NCBI GenBank assembly: GCA_963768425.1
Contig: CAVYHV010000009.1
Coordinates: 192,001-256,000, forward strand
Length of the DNA: 64,000 nt
Direction of reading: 5' to 3'
Source: Candidatus Bathyarchaeota archaeon
Lineage (GTDB): Archaea > Thermoproteota > Bathyarchaeia > Bathyarchaeales > Bathycorpusculaceae
Position numbers and translations under genes: made by a program
Shown here: piece by piece, positions 52,665 through 63,776 of the stretch
Layout: each line of letters starts with the position of its first letter
Numbering within the stretch: the first letter of the stretch is position 1
The notes under the pieces: model-generated
What the model was told of the DNA's origin: nothing
Database searches by the model: none
Seen by the model: the letters and a program-made list of their open reading frames with translations, nothing else

Positions 52665-53207
52665 ATGACCAGCATCCAAACATTAACGAACCTAAACGAA
52701 AAAAACTTTGAACCGACCAAAACAGTAGGGTTAATCTCAGACACCCATGTGCCCAAAAGAGCAGCGAAGGTGCCTCAGAGAGTATTCGACATTTTCCAAA
52801 ACGTGGATTTCATCATTCACGCCGGCGATCTCGTCGAGTTATCGGTCATTGATGAGTTGGAGCAAGCTGCGCCAGTTTTAGCGGTGCACGGCAACATGGA
52901 CACACTAGAAACAAACGACGTGTTGCCCAGTATTAATTCACTAAAGCTTTTCGGTTGGAAAATCGGCGTGACGCACGACCCAGACGTCCAAAACGGGTCC
53001 GACAAAATGATTTATTTTGCTCAAGAGAATGGCTTTAACGTTTTGGTTTACGGGCATACCCATTGCCCAAGGATTAATTGGGAAGGCAAGATTCTTTTTG
53101 TTAACCCTGGAAGTCCAACTGATCCGTCGTCTTTTCTTAACAAGCCATCAATTGGGTTGCTACAGGTAACGAGGAAGGCCATAGTGCCGCAGATAGTTGA
53201 GCTCTAA
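52665..53207 (+). CDS. YfcE/Vps29-family metallophosphoesterase
   Basis: ISDTH, HAGD, GNMD, GHTH, NPGS. Confidence 0.9.
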   Translation: MTSIQTLTNLNEKNFEPTKTVGLISDTHVPKRAAKVPQRVFDIFQNVDFIIHAGDLVELSVIDELEQAAPVLAVHGNMDTLETNDVLPSINSLKLFGWKIGVTHDPDVQNGSDKMIYFAQENGFNVLVYGHTHCPRINWEGKILFVNPGSPTDPSSFLNKPSIGLLQVTRKAIVPQIVEL

Positions 53208-53665
53208 CTCATCAAAGCAGTCCAGTAAAGTATTGTGAATAGGGCAATTCCCATGGCCAAAGCGGCAACCCACACTGTTATGGTTGTTAACATTATTTTT
53301 TTTCTCTCAAAGCAGCTCTTCAAGCCGCTGTTTCTCCATGAAAGAACAAGCCACAGACCAAGAGAGACAGCTGTTATGCCAAGCGGTACATGGATCAAAG
53401 TTATTATTGATGTCAGTCCTGAGAGATGGGGAACAACGAAAACTGGGATGAGAGCTAGCACCATGGCGGGCACCATAAACGCGAAAATCACCGTTAGATG
53501 CAAGCCGAGGGCAGAAGCCATTGCCAATGCATGTTGCGGAAACTTTGCCTTGCGTTTTAGCATGTAACCGTAAAGGAGCAGAGACAAGACGGCTAATTGA
53601 ATTGTGAGGCTGAGGGTGGCGAACAACAGGTAGGGATCGGTGAGAATTGACATGCAGCTCAGCAA
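53204..53665 (-). CDS. DUF420-like four-TM membrane protein
   Basis: Four TM helices with conserved-type His (QHALAM, LIHVPLG). Confidence 0.65.
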   Translation of the reverse strand: MLSCMSILTDPYLLFATLSLTIQLAVLSLLLYGYMLKRKAKFPQHALAMASALGLHLTVIFAFMVPAMVLALIPVFVVPHLSGLTSIITLIHVPLGITAVSLGLWLVLSWRNSGLKSCFERKKIMLTTITVWVAALAMGIALFTILYWTALMS

Positions 53666-53786
53666 ACAACAGGTTCCTAAACGTATAAAGTTTCACTTTA
53701 ACTCACCCCTCCTCTGCAAAAATCAGTCGCACGAACACCTGCCTTAAAAGCAAACAACGCCAAAGACGGCGTTAGAGGTCAAAAAC

Positions 53787-53924
53787 ATGGAACATTGTAA
53801 AAACCCATGGAAAGACAATTGCAAAAGCGAAAATATCAAACTCTACATCGAGTTAAAGGGCGAAAAACTGCCAATATGTCAGCAATGCTGGAACAAAATC
53901 GCTGATCAAGAAATGGAGTGGTGA
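53787..53924 (+). CDS. Zinc-finger microprotein (45 aa)
   Basis: MEHCKNPWKDNC...LPICQQCWNKIAD; GAGGT RBS. Confidence 0.7.
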   Translation: MEHCKNPWKDNCKSENIKLYIELKGEKLPICQQCWNKIADQEMEW

Positions 53925-53928
53925 AAAA

Positions 53929-54165
53929 GTGGAAAGCTTTAGTGTTAACAGCGCCAAATCCTACATTGGGAGAAACGTAAATTTGCATCTGAAAGACGGC
54001 GCGGTGATAGTGAACGTGCAATTGACTGGAATCCATAAGGTTTCAGGAAAAAACCGCTTCCTTGAGTACGAATCATCTAAAAACCGGAAGAGCAGTCGAA
54101 TACCCATGAGATATGTCGCTTGGGCTAAACTTCTAAACAACAACCTCATGCTGAAAGCTGTCTGA
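53929..54165 (+). CDS. Sm/LSm-like small protein
   Basis: YIGRNVNLHLKDG.VI..V.L...RIP...V. Confidence 0.55.
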   Translation: MESFSVNSAKSYIGRNVNLHLKDGAVIVNVQLTGIHKVSGKNRFLEYESSKNRKSSRIPMRYVAWAKLLNNNLMLKAV

Positions 54166-54217
54166 AAAAGGCAAAAAAGGATAAAAGGAAAAATAGAAGG
54201 ACAATAATTCACAGTTT

Positions 54218-54598
54218 ATGCGTTGTTCAAACTGTGGTGTCTGCTGTACAGAAACAGAGATGCTTCTCTCCAAAAAAGACATCGAACGCCTAGAGAATCG
54301 AGGATTCAGCAAAAACTTTTTCGCAAAAGTCGATAGCGACGGCTACGCTCAACTAAGGAACCGACAAGGCTATTGTGTATTCTACGAAGCCAAAAAACGT
54401 TTATGCACTGTTTACGCCGACAGGCCTGCAGGCTGCCGTGTATACCCTGTTATCGTCGATGAGGAAGAGGGAATTATCCTCGACGAAATCTGCCATTCAG
54501 TCGACACGATAACGGAAAAAGAAAAAAAAGTAAAGGGAAAACGTGTCATTAAGCTGCTGGAAGAAATTGATTTTGAAGCAGAACAGAGGCGTTTTTGA
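54218..54598 (+). CDS. YkgJ family Cys-cluster protein
   Basis: CSNCGVCC, CVF, CTVY.DRP.GCRVYP. Confidence 0.9.
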   Translation: MRCSNCGVCCTETEMLLSKKDIERLENRGFSKNFFAKVDSDGYAQLRNRQGYCVFYEAKKRLCTVYADRPAGCRVYPVIVDEEEGIILDEICHSVDTITEKEKKVKGKRVIKLLEEIDFEAEQRRF

Positions 54599-54720
54599 AA
54601 AGCTGTTTTTCCACGATTTCAATGTTCTTGCATTTGCCGAAAAAAACGAAGCAGCGTAAGCCGCTTGGAGCCCCTACAACTTTAAATATGTTTGCGATGC
54701 CTTTTCAACCGTGAACATAC

Positions 54721-55719
54721 ATGCCTTGTACGGTTATTGTCGGTGCCTTTTGGGGAGATGAAGGCAAAGGAAAAATAATATCTTATTTAGCCCTCAAAGA
54801 TAACCTTGACTTCTGTGTCCGAACTGGCTCTGTGAATGCAGCTCACACAGTTTGGTTTGAAGGCAAAAAATACGCTCTACACATGGTTCCAGCTGCGTTT
54901 CTTAACCCGAAAACCCGTTTGCTGATTGCTGCGGGAGCGAACGTCCATGTTCCAAAGTTTCTTGAGGAAGTTGAGCAGACCAAGGTCGAAGGTAGAGTCG
55001 GTGTGGATTTGAACGCTTCAATAATTGAGGAAAAACACAGTGCTCAAGACAAGGCAAGCGCCTTCAACAAGGGCATTGGAACCACCGGTTGGGGTGTCGG
55101 TCCAGCTGTTGAAGAACGTGTCAGGCGAACAGCCAAGCTTGCCAAAGACGTCCCCGAATTGAAAGCTTACCTTGCTGACCAAGTGCAAGAAGTAAACGAC
55201 GGATTAGACGAAGGCAAAAAGGTGCTTCTTGAAGGTACCCAGGGCTTTATGCTGTCACTGTTCCTAAGCGGCGGGTACCCATATGTTACTAGGTAGAGAT
55301 ACGGGTGCGTCAGCCATCGCGTCAGAAGCAGGCGTAGGACCCACAAGAGTCGACGACGTCCTGATTGTGTACAAATCATTCATAACCCGGGTTGGCGGCG
55401 GCCTTTGCCTGGAGAAATTTCCAAGGAGGAAGCGCAGAAGAAAGGCTGGTTCGAAACCGCCGCCGGTACGGGAAGAGAACGACGGTCAGCACCTTTTGAC
55501 TTCGAATTGGCTAAGAAAACGGCGAGGATAAACGGTGCCACACAAGCGGCTTTGACTAAAATCGATAGCCTCTTCCCAACATGCAGAGGCGCCAAAAAGT
55601 ACAATGCCTTGCCAGCGGAAGCCAGGGAGTTCATAAAAGAAGTTGAAGCCCGAACTGGAGTACCTGTCGCTTTGATTGGTACTGGTCCAGGAGCCTTAGA
55701 CATCGTTGACAGAAGGTAG
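54721..55719 (+). CDS. purA: Adenylosuccinate synthetase (archaeal short form), frameshifted
   Basis: [53 protein letters not shown]. Confidence 0.95.
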
Positions 55720-56012
55720 CTGCAACTTTGCTATATCAGTGCAAATAGTTGCGGTTAAGTTTTGTATTGTTTTTGCTCTGAATCAATTTAATATTTTTTG
55801 TTTGTGTTTTGAGTAGGATTCTTGATTTAGGGGTTGAGGCGTTTGCAAGTTGCGACTTAATTCCACTCTGATCGACCCATTGCGACTCCTAACGACCCAT
55901 CCAAATCTAATTCGACTCTGATACATTCTGAATTCTTTAGTACTAGTTTCCGAACCACATTCTCGTACTCCTTAAGAAAAAAAGAAGTGCAACCAAGCTT
56001 GTGCAAAATCGG

Positions 56013-56393
56013 CTAATGTTTAAGCACTTGTGGTTTCAGTTTTCCTTTTTCGTACTCATCTGTTTTTGACGTTTTTTCTTGTTTTAAGTCGAAATGGTCT
56101 CTTTCGACCGCCATATTGATTATTTTTTGAGAATAACATTCCGAGCAGTAATGCTTTTCTTCGATTTCGTAAATAGTTACTGACACAACACCAATGTGCT
56201 TGTTGCATTCGGCGCAGTAAACAAGTTTGTTTTCTTGACTTGTTTTTTCATCCGTTCTTCTTTCCTTTCTAGAAATGTTATTTTCTGTTTTCAAAAATCC
56301 GTTGTCCCAACCCACTTTTTGTTTCCTCCAGACTGAGACAAGGTATTTAGCTTGTCTCACGGTAAAAAGCTTTCCGCCAACGCCGCTTAACAA
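56013..56393 (-). CDS. Zinc-finger hypothetical protein
   Basis: CAEC...HYCSEC; start uncertain. Confidence 0.5.
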   Translation of the reverse strand: MLSGVGGKLFTVRQAKYLVSVWRKQKVGWDNGFLKTENNISRKERRTDEKTSQENKLVYCAECNKHIGVVSVTIYEIEEKHYCSECYSQKIINMAVERDHFDLKQEKTSKTDEYEKGKLKPQVLKH

Positions 56394-56499
56394 ATTTTTA
56401 CATCATGCGATAATTATGGAAATGCTTGGTGTGCTTCTATTCGTAATTGGTATTGTTATGGAAAAGTCTTATTAGGTCTTAAATTTCATGTATGCTCAA

Positions 56500-57005
56500 A
56501 TGAGATTTAAGCAGCTGCCCATTCTGCTAATTTTCTTGCTGATTGCTCCTCTATTCATAAATTGCGCCTTAACTACCAAAGTTCAAGCAGTGCAGGCAGC
56601 CCCAATGACACGATTTTTGGGTTGTGGAATGCAAATTGGGATGGTTCGTCTTCACTGAGCTTCGTTGCTGACATCAGCATGTGTGTAGTCACATTTCTTC
56701 AGATGTTCGGCAACAACTTGGACATAATCTACCCGGTCAGTAACGCAACCATCGAAGCTTTAGGGTTCAAAAACGTCATATACTGGAACGACACCGCCGT
56801 GATCCCGAACATGCCGCATATGCCGGTGGCAAACCACGCCGTAGGCTCATTTAAGCCGCCGCCGATTGCACCTATCCACATAGATACTTCACAAACATAT
56901 GATACAAATAAAATAGAGCTGTACGCGGTCGTGACAGCAATCATAGTTGGTCTCGCTATCGGCGGAGTCACCTTAGTTATTAGGAGACGTCGGCAACCCG
57001 CTTGA
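56500..57005 (+). CDS. Secreted membrane-anchored protein, frameshifted
   Basis: Signal peptide from ATG 56500; C-terminal TM plus RRRR. Confidence 0.55.
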
Positions 57006-57026
57006 GTTTGCAGGTTCGTTTAGCCG

Positions 57027-58280
57027 CTAAGTAAAATGAGACGGCTGAACAGCTGCCTGCATAGTGGAGCAGGCGATGAATGTTTTGTTTTCATCCACAT
57101 TTAGACTTATTGATAAGTAATGTTCGTTGCTGAACCATTGATTGTTTCCTTCGCTGAGGGCTTGATTGTCTTTTGCGATATTTTGGAAAGCTCTCAAAAA
57201 CGCGTTAGCTGAGAAGCCGTCACTCCATTGGATATTCCATATGAAGAGGTAGTTGCTGTTTCCGCTGCCTTGATAATAGGTGAAGTTGTCGCCTGTCCAG
57301 CATGCTGAAATTGTTTGAGCTTCGCTTTCAGGAACCCAGCTGCCCAATAGATCTTCGATGAAGTATTCTCCATAAGTGTTGTAGTTTTGTCCGTAACTTG
57401 TCTGCTCTTGGGTCCAGTTGCTATCCGTTGGATTTGGAAGGCTTACTTGGTTAGCGGTAACGTTTTCAAAGTACAACTCTGGATTAAGTATCTGCGCTGT
57501 AGTGCTTGGAACGTATCCTTCTGAGTAAGCTCGGTTGACAGTAGGAAATCCGCCACTCTGATGCAACGCGCCAACGAAGGTTTCACCCTGGGTGTAGGGG
57601 AAGTAATCCAAATTTGAAAGCGTGTCAGGACGAACGTCGGCCAAAGTTATGATATCCGCAGGAAAATCTGGGTTAGAAGGCATCAAGTTGGCTTGCAAAT
57701 ATCCTGACTTGGTTAAATTCGTATAAGTGTCAGCCATGAATGTCGCGTCGCCCTCGATGAGTGCAGTGTGCGCTTTATCCTCGTCAAAAGTAGTTGGGGC
57801 AGGAACACTTTGCTGCCAGATATGGGTCAACTCATGTACGAAAGTGGCTTCAGAGCTGGGAAGGTCCCAAGGGTTAAAGTTTTCTTTTATCACGTAGATT
57901 TTGCCTTCCCAAGTTGCCGCCACATAATTCCCTGCCCAATCAACAGTAGCTTGGTAGAGGCTGCGGTTCTGAGGAATCAAAAAGAGTCCTTGGTAGATGT
58001 TTTGCTGTATCGCTATCGCTTGTAAATTTTGTTGTGCGTAACCTTTGCCCCAAGTGTCAATTGCCCATTGTTTGGTAACTACAATGAGTTCAACATGGGG
58101 AAGAGACCCGTTTCTGATTTGTTCCCAGGCGCCGTAAGCGTCGTTAAAGATTTTTTGAGCCTGCGCCTTGTAAGACGCCATGCTGGGGCTCTGCTGGTTA
58201 ATTACGACGAATAACGTGACTGCGACAACCGAGATAATGAGGCAAGTAGCAATAACGATGATTTTTCTTTTGAAGTTCAG
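57027..58280 (-). CDS. Membrane-anchored zinc metallopeptidase-like protein
   Basis: HELTH plus ALIEGDA, FPY..G..FV, P.TT.QILNP, GD; N-terminal TM in frame from CTG 58280. Confidence 0.75.
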   Translation of the reverse strand: MNFKRKIIVIATCLIISVVAVTLFVVINQQSPSMASYKAQAQKIFNDAYGAWEQIRNGSLPHVELIVVTKQWAIDTWGKGYAQQNLQAIAIQQNIYQGLFLIPQNRSLYQATVDWAGNYVAATWEGKIYVIKENFNPWDLPSSEATFVHELTHIWQQSVPAPTTFDEDKAHTALIEGDATFMADTYTNLTKSGYLQANLMPSNPDFPADIITLADVRPDTLSNLDYFPYTQGETFVGALHQSGGFPTVNRAYSEGYVPSTTAQILNPELYFENVTANQVSLPNPTDSNWTQEQTSYGQNYNTYGEYFIEDLLGSWVPESEAQTISACWTGDNFTYYQGSGNSNYLFIWNIQWSDGFSANAFLRAFQNIAKDNQALSEGNNQWFSNEHYLSISLNVDENKTFIACSTMQAAVQPSHFT

Positions 58281-58451
58281 ACAGATCCCTCTAGCCTCAT
58301 AATTAGGCGTTTAGAAGCTGAGCAAAAAATAAACATTTCCCCAAATGGCAAAAACCAGTTAGCGGATTTGAAAAAACAGGATTACGCTTACTGCATAAGG
58401 TAAATAAGAGCACCTCTCCAAATTTAGATGACGCAAAATAGCTGAAGATTC

Positions 58452-59113
58452 ATGAGCCGCAAGACAATCTACTTTTCTCACAGCCTGCTATTCTTCGTAG
58501 TTTTAGTGGTCTTATTGAGCGCTGTGGTTGCCTTGATTTTTTTCGGTGCCGTAAGCATCGCGTTCTCAGATGTTGGATTTGCCTCACTTACTATAATGCT
58601 TCTTTTGATCTGCACCATAGTTGGAAGTTTCATTAACACTCCGCAACTTAAATTTCGAGCCACCATACCAATGATCCGTGAAGAATACGGAACTTGGTAG
58701 GGCTTTCCTATCGAATTCCCCAGGTTGAGTATGGACTAGCCATAACGGTCGTGGCCGTCAACGTCGGAGGCGCTCTTATTCCCACCGCCGTTAGCGTTTA
58801 CCTTCTCAGCAAATCGTCATTCTCGTTGATTGCCCTAAGCCTGATAGGCATCTTAGCTGTTGCGTTGGTGACTCACGCAGTGGCAAGACCTGTTAAGGGT
58901 GTAGGGCTTGCTACTCCAGTTTTCATTCCGCCGATCGCTGCGGCAGTTGTATCCTTTATTCTTTCTCCTGTCGAACCCAGAAGCTTTGCTTATGTTGCCG
59001 GCACCATTGAAACACTCATAGGCGCAGACCTTTTGAACTTAAAGAAAATTCCCAAGCTTGAAACTCCAGTTGCAAGCATCGGGGAGCAGGAACATTCGAC
59101 GGGGTATTTTTAA
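58452..59113 (+). CDS. DUF1614 membrane protein, frameshifted
   Basis: GSFIN.P, AVNVGGALIP, ARPV.GVG, LIGADLLNL, ASIG. Confidence 0.9.
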
Positions 59114-59157
59114 AAGGTAGTGGCCGTGCTCCTAAACCGACTCTAAAAAAGAAAAAA

Positions 59158-59316
59158 TTAACTGTTTTCCTGCCCAAAACAGCGTACTACGGCGTTGCCC
59201 AGGCATTTTTGCAGTTTTGCCGACTCAAACAGTGCTTTCTTTGCTTCGGCGTCTTCAGAACGCTGAGTAGACATAGTTGCAGGAGCCTTGATGTGTCCAT
59301 CAAATTTCCTTTTCAT
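59158..59316 (-). CDS. Small hypothetical protein (52 aa)
   Basis: MKRKFDGHIKAPATMSTQRSEDAEAKKALFE... intact ORF in an intergenic gap. Confidence 0.35.
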   Translation of the reverse strand: MKRKFDGHIKAPATMSTQRSEDAEAKKALFESAKLQKCLGNAVVRCFGQENS

Positions 59317-59576
59317 TTTTTGCTTACTTCTTTACGATTAGCCTTCAGCTAAGGATCAAATGTTTTGTTTTAATTTTGCATCTTAAGCAATAGTTGACGC
59401 CATATAAAGCCAATATTACTTTGGTTTAGACTTAAGCAAAGGTGAAGATGATATTGATTTTAAGTTTAAAAAAACGGTTTTTGAGGAAGGGAGCATTAAT
59501 TTCTTGTTGGATAAAAATATGGCAAACTTTTAATAACTATAACCAAGAAGTTATTTCAACGCTTGGAGAGGCTAAC

Positions 59577-60502
59577 TTGAAAAAAACAATTGCAGTTGTG
59601 ATTCTTGCAGTTTTGATTCTGGCTGCATTTCCAATTTTGTCAGTATCGAATGTTAAAGCAAGCGCTTCAGAAGCTAGAGTTTTGTCTAAAAGTTGGTACA
59701 TTGCTTCTTCAAGTGGCACTTTAGCGTCAAGTGCCGGCGACTTGGTTGTAGTCGGCGAACTACAAAATGTCGGCTCAAGCTTCATACAAAACGTCACCGT
59801 AAGTGGGACTGCTTTAAACGCTAATGGAACGACGCTTGCTACTGCGCAAGGTTTCGCGTTCGTGTTCGAAACGCCACCTGGGGCAGAAGGCACCTTTTGT
59901 TATTGACTTTCCCGTTTCAAGCGCGTCAAATCCGAACTGGGCTGCTTCCGTTGCCAGTGTAACGGTAACGGTACTTTCTGTTACTGACACTGGTATAGTT
60001 CCTTATTCAGGTTTGAATGTTCCTGAGCAACCCTTTAGTTTTAACAACAGCGGAACCTACGAGACAGGAGGAACTATTGTGAACAACGGCACGGAGACAA
60101 TAGGATATGTTTGGGTTGTCACAACCTTTTACAACAGTGCGGGGACAGTTGTGGGATTAAATTTCACAGATTATGTAAATACACCAAATGCCCCTCTTCT
60201 CCCAGGTCATCCAACAAGATGGATTGCAACCCCCGTAGACAATACATTGCAGTTAACAAACGAAATAAGTAATTTCAGCTACGTTATTGATTCGCTGCCT
60301 CTTGGAAGCTCATCACCAGAACCAAAATACTCCGACTCCCAAAGCTTCAAGCTCTCCTTCGCAGTTTCCATTGTTACCCATAATTGTCGTAGTAGTAATC
60401 GTTGTAGTTGCTATCGTAGCTTTGATGTTGCTTAGGAAGCCAAAGGGAACGCAGTCTTCACAAACACCGCCTCCGCCGCCTCCTCCGCCACCAACCGTTT
60501 AA
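59577..60502 (+). CDS. Surface protein with two FxLYD-like domains, frameshifted
   Basis: Signal peptide; VVGELQNVG, GTIVNNG...TFYN.AG; TM plus poly-Pro tail. Confidence 0.75.
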
Positions 60503-60614
60503 AAACTATTCCTCCTTCAGTCTTCAATTGCCAATACCTTGGACAACTCGTTAGTTACTTGTCCGTTGGAATTTTATGCCATTTAAACAAATACCATTTA
60601 AACAGAATTTTTGG

Positions 60615-61430
60615 TTACGCCCCGAATCGGCGTTTTCGAAGTTGAAACGTTCTTATAGCTCTTAACAAGTCGATTAAACGAAAATCAGGCCAGTAAACGT
60701 CTAAGAAGAGCAGTTCGCTGTATGCTGCTTGCCAGAGCAGGAATCCGCTTAGTCGTTCTTCTCCCGAAGTACGTATGATCATGTCTGGATCCTGCTTGTC
60801 CACCATATGAGAAGTGTAAAGATACTTTTGAAACGTGCTCTCCGTGACATCAGCTATTTCCAACTCGCCGTTCTTAACTTTCTCAGCTATGGACTTAGCA
60901 GCATCAACAATTTCCGCTCTTCCTCCGTAGGCAAAAGCAAAATTCCAAAAATAACAATCATAATCCGCTGTAGCTTTCTCAACATCCGCGATGGCTTCTT
61001 GCAAACCTTTAGGCAGAAGATTTACCCTGCCGATAATCTTTACATGAACCTTGTCTCTGTGTATGCGCTCGTCTTTCAAGAGTTTACGGAATCTCTCCTC
61101 TGCAATCTGCATAATCTTTTCCACCTCCTCAGATTTCCGAGAAAAATTCTCAGTGGAAAATGTGTAAAGAGTGACATACTTAAGGCCAATCAAGTGGGTC
61201 CAATCCAAAAGCAGCTCAACCGTATCAGCGCCACGTCTATGACCCCACTTATCTTGCATCAGCATTGGGTCACTTTCCTGCCCGTTTGCCCACCGCCTGT
61301 TTCCGTCCAAAATTATGGCGACATGTTCAGGTTTTAATCCGCCTTTGACTTGCTGCCAAAGCCATTTCTCGTAAAGCTTGTATGCTCCTATAAAAGAAAG
61401 CATTTTCTTAAGCATCAAGCCTGACTCCAA
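60615..61430 (-). CDS. uppS: Polyprenyl diphosphate synthase (cis-prenyltransferase)
   Basis: HVAIILDGNRRWA, FSTENF.R, YGGR.EI, IRTSGEERLSGFLLWQ, RRFG. Confidence 0.95.
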   Translation of the reverse strand: MESGLMLKKMLSFIGAYKLYEKWLWQQVKGGLKPEHVAIILDGNRRWANGQESDPMLMQDKWGHRRGADTVELLLDWTHLIGLKYVTLYTFSTENFSRKSEEVEKIMQIAEERFRKLLKDERIHRDKVHVKIIGRVNLLPKGLQEAIADVEKATADYDCYFWNFAFAYGGRAEIVDAAKSIAEKVKNGELEIADVTESTFQKYLYTSHMVDKQDPDMIIRTSGEERLSGFLLWQAAYSELLFLDVYWPDFRLIDLLRAIRTFQLRKRRFGA

Positions 61431-61542
61431 GTCTTAGGCGTTTGTTCAAACGTGTTTTTTATGAGCCGCATTACGTTTATTCCCAGATTGCACGCAATTA
61501 AATCTTGCTCTAATTCAAGGGTTGAATCTTGGCGAAACCCAT

Positions 61543-62778
61543 TCATTTAGCGCTTTCGTCCTTGTCGGGTTTTTGAAAGAAGTCTTTAGACGACCTGTTG
61601 ACGATGAAGATCAAAAGCACAGACGCTATCCCAATCAGGATTCCAACAATTATCGTGTAAATGAAGACTGAGAAAATCGGGTCGTTAAGAACAGACACTG
61701 CCCCGCCGCCTGACTTGATCGGGTTATAGAGTACGTTTGCGGTTGCATCAAGGATCCATCGGAACCACGCCACTGAAACGATTAAGCCGATGTTCCTGAG
61801 CATCTTTGAGTCTCTTTCAAAGTATAAGCGTACGCTTCGTCCGAAAAGAACTATTATTGCGCCTATCACTATCAGGGTTTCTACTCCCTTGATGAAGAAG
61901 GTGGCTATTTTCGGGGTAGCAACAAGCCAGCCTTCGACCGAAGATGGAAACGGTGCCGCGTTAATGTTGACGTTTTGCACTCCCAGGTAAACGCTTACGG
62001 CTATGCATAAGATTCCCGCGAAAATGGTGTAGTTTGAGATTTGCATGGGTAACGAAGGTGGGGTATACTCCCGTATCCATGTGTAGGCGTCTTTAGCTGA
62101 CTTGTCAACGCCGAAACCTTTGATAAGCAAGAAGCCGCCAATGACAATAACTATGGCAATCCCAAAGTAGTCAATGGCGCCTGGGTAAACAAAGTTGTTG
62201 ATGCCCCATAGGATGCCGAAGATAAGAACAAGCAACCCGGGCAAACCTAGCGCTATGCGGGCATAACGTGGGTTTTCGACAAGTAGTTTAACGTATTTGG
62301 TGAAGACTGCAGCGGTTTCCTCGATAGATTCGCTATGCTTTATCACTATTCGTCTAACCGAAGATACAGGCACTCTGGATTCCACGAGAGGCAAAACAGC
62401 CTCGTCAGAGTAGCCGTCTGAAACCAGAATAACCTCATTTGCGCTGAATGAATCAAGCAAGTTGTTTAGTTCAGCGACGAGTTTTCGGTCCGCGCTGACG
62501 CCGCCCAGCTCAGAGCCTGATATAGTTGCGACTTCAAAGATTTCTTCAGGCTGTTTCTCGTTCTGTAACCTATCATGGAGACGCACTGCCTCGAACATGG
62601 CGTTTGCGTCGGGCTCTTCAGGATCTTTTAATGCTAAGGCTACGGCTCCATCCAGATTGGCTGTTCTTCCTAAAAGAGGCGTTTTCACCCCTGCTTTGAC
62701 TTCTAGGTCCCCGTCTCGGTCAACACATAAAATTAGGATTCGCTTTTGCGCCTGGTCTTGCGTTTCCTTCTTTGCCAT
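61543..62778 (-). CDS. DUF373 family membrane protein
   Basis: LILCVDRDGD, DPEE.DAN, SDG..DE, then TM helices; typical uppS neighbour. Confidence 0.9.
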   Translation of the reverse strand: MAKKETQDQAQKRILILCVDRDGDLEVKAGVKTPLLGRTANLDGAVALALKDPEEPDANAMFEAVRLHDRLQNEKQPEEIFEVATISGSELGGVSADRKLVAELNNLLDSFSANEVILVSDGYSDEAVLPLVESRVPVSSVRRIVIKHSESIEETAAVFTKYVKLLVENPRYARIALGLPGLLVLIFGILWGINNFVYPGAIDYFGIAIVIVIGGFLLIKGFGVDKSAKDAYTWIREYTPPSLPMQISNYTIFAGILCIAVSVYLGVQNVNINAAPFPSSVEGWLVATPKIATFFIKGVETLIVIGAIIVLFGRSVRLYFERDSKMLRNIGLIVSVAWFRWILDATANVLYNPIKSGGGAVSVLNDPIFSVFIYTIIVGILIGIASVLLIFIVNRSSKDFFQKPDKDESAK

Positions 62779-62813
62779 TCTGGATTCAATCCAACTATAC
62801 CTTCGTCTTAACT

Positions 62814-63776
62814 TTAATCTTGTGCTTCTGAATCCTCTTTTGAGTCATCACTCATCATGAGTTGGAATTCATCCCAGTTTACTTTTTCGCCTTTCTGAAG
62901 CTTATCTCTTGCTTCTGCACCAATCTTTTCTTTGATTGCTTGCTCTTTTTCCTTGTTAGACTGTTGCTGTTCCTGATTGGCTTTTTCACTGAGGGCTCTT
63001 TCGGCTCTTTCTCTTGCCCTAATTTCAGCGGCAGCTTTGGCTTCCATGACCATTGCAGCTTTCACGCTGTTCAGTTGACCCACCAGCTGACCGATTTTTT
63101 CATATATTTGGGGTATTGTCTCATCCTTTGTCTTAATGTAAAGTTGATGTTGTCCGTCAGCTTGCGCTCTGCTGATATTCATGGCGTTTACTTTTTCAAT
63201 CATTTTGGAATGAATTTCTTGGCTTTTAGAGGCTAACTCAGTTAACTCTTTATGAAGAACATCAGCTTGTTCTTCAAACGTCTTTCGCTGAGCGAGAAAT
63301 TTCTTGATCTTGGTGTTTTGTGCGTCGATTTTTTTGTAGCCGCTGAGAAGTATTTCAAGTTGCTTGACGTTTTCAATTAGCCCTTTTTCTTCTTGCAAGT
63401 CAAGCGAAGTTGTTGAAATCTTCCATTCGATCGCGTCATGCTCTTCTCGCAACTCTCGTTGACTCTCGCGGGGTAAAGTCTTCTTAAGCTCAGCAATTTT
63501 TGCTCTTGCAACGTTTATTTCTTCAGTGATAGGGTCAGATTGTGTCCTGACAGAGTTTCTTTCACTTTTAAGAACCTTGACTCTTTCGTTTATCAGGTCA
63601 CGTTCAGCTTTTAAATGATTAATTTCTTCCCGAGTTTTCTTAACTCCCTCGTTCAGTTCGTTTCGTCTTTCAACGCAGTTTCTAATTTGAACGTTTGCGT
63701 TGTTAGCTTCTTCTCTGAGCTTTTGGATTTGCTGAATGATTTCTTGTTTTTGGTTAAAGTTTTGTTCGTGTGTCAC
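62814..63776 (-). CDS. Archaeal coiled-coil protein (COG1340-like)
   Basis: Long heptad pattern, IEWKISTTSL, KLQKGEKVNWDE. Confidence 0.8.
   Translation of the reverse strand: MTHEQNFNQKQEIIQQIQKLREEANNANVQIRNCVERRNELNEGVKKTREEINHLKAERDLINERVKVLKSERNSVRTQSDPITEEINVARAKIAELKKTLPRESQRELREEHDAIEWKISTTSLDLQEEKGLIENVKQLEILLSGYKKIDAQNTKIKKFLAQRKTFEEQADVLHKELTELASKSQEIHSKMIEKVNAMNISRAQADGQHQLYIKTKDETIPQIYEKIGQLVGQLNSVKAAMVMEAKAAAEIRARERAERALSEKANQEQQQSNKEKEQAIKEKIGAEARDKLQKGEKVNWDEFQLMMSDDSKEDSEAQD

Noticed and set aside
58355-58375. tRNA fragment (TTCAAATCC on the minus strand)
   Set aside because: No cloverleaf; no tRNA or rRNA recognised anywhere in the window.
1-60502. Many split ORFs as pseudogenes or programmed frameshifts
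   Set aside because: Single-base indels also hit housekeeping genes (purA, wecB) and often fall in homopolymers; long-read error is the simplest cause.
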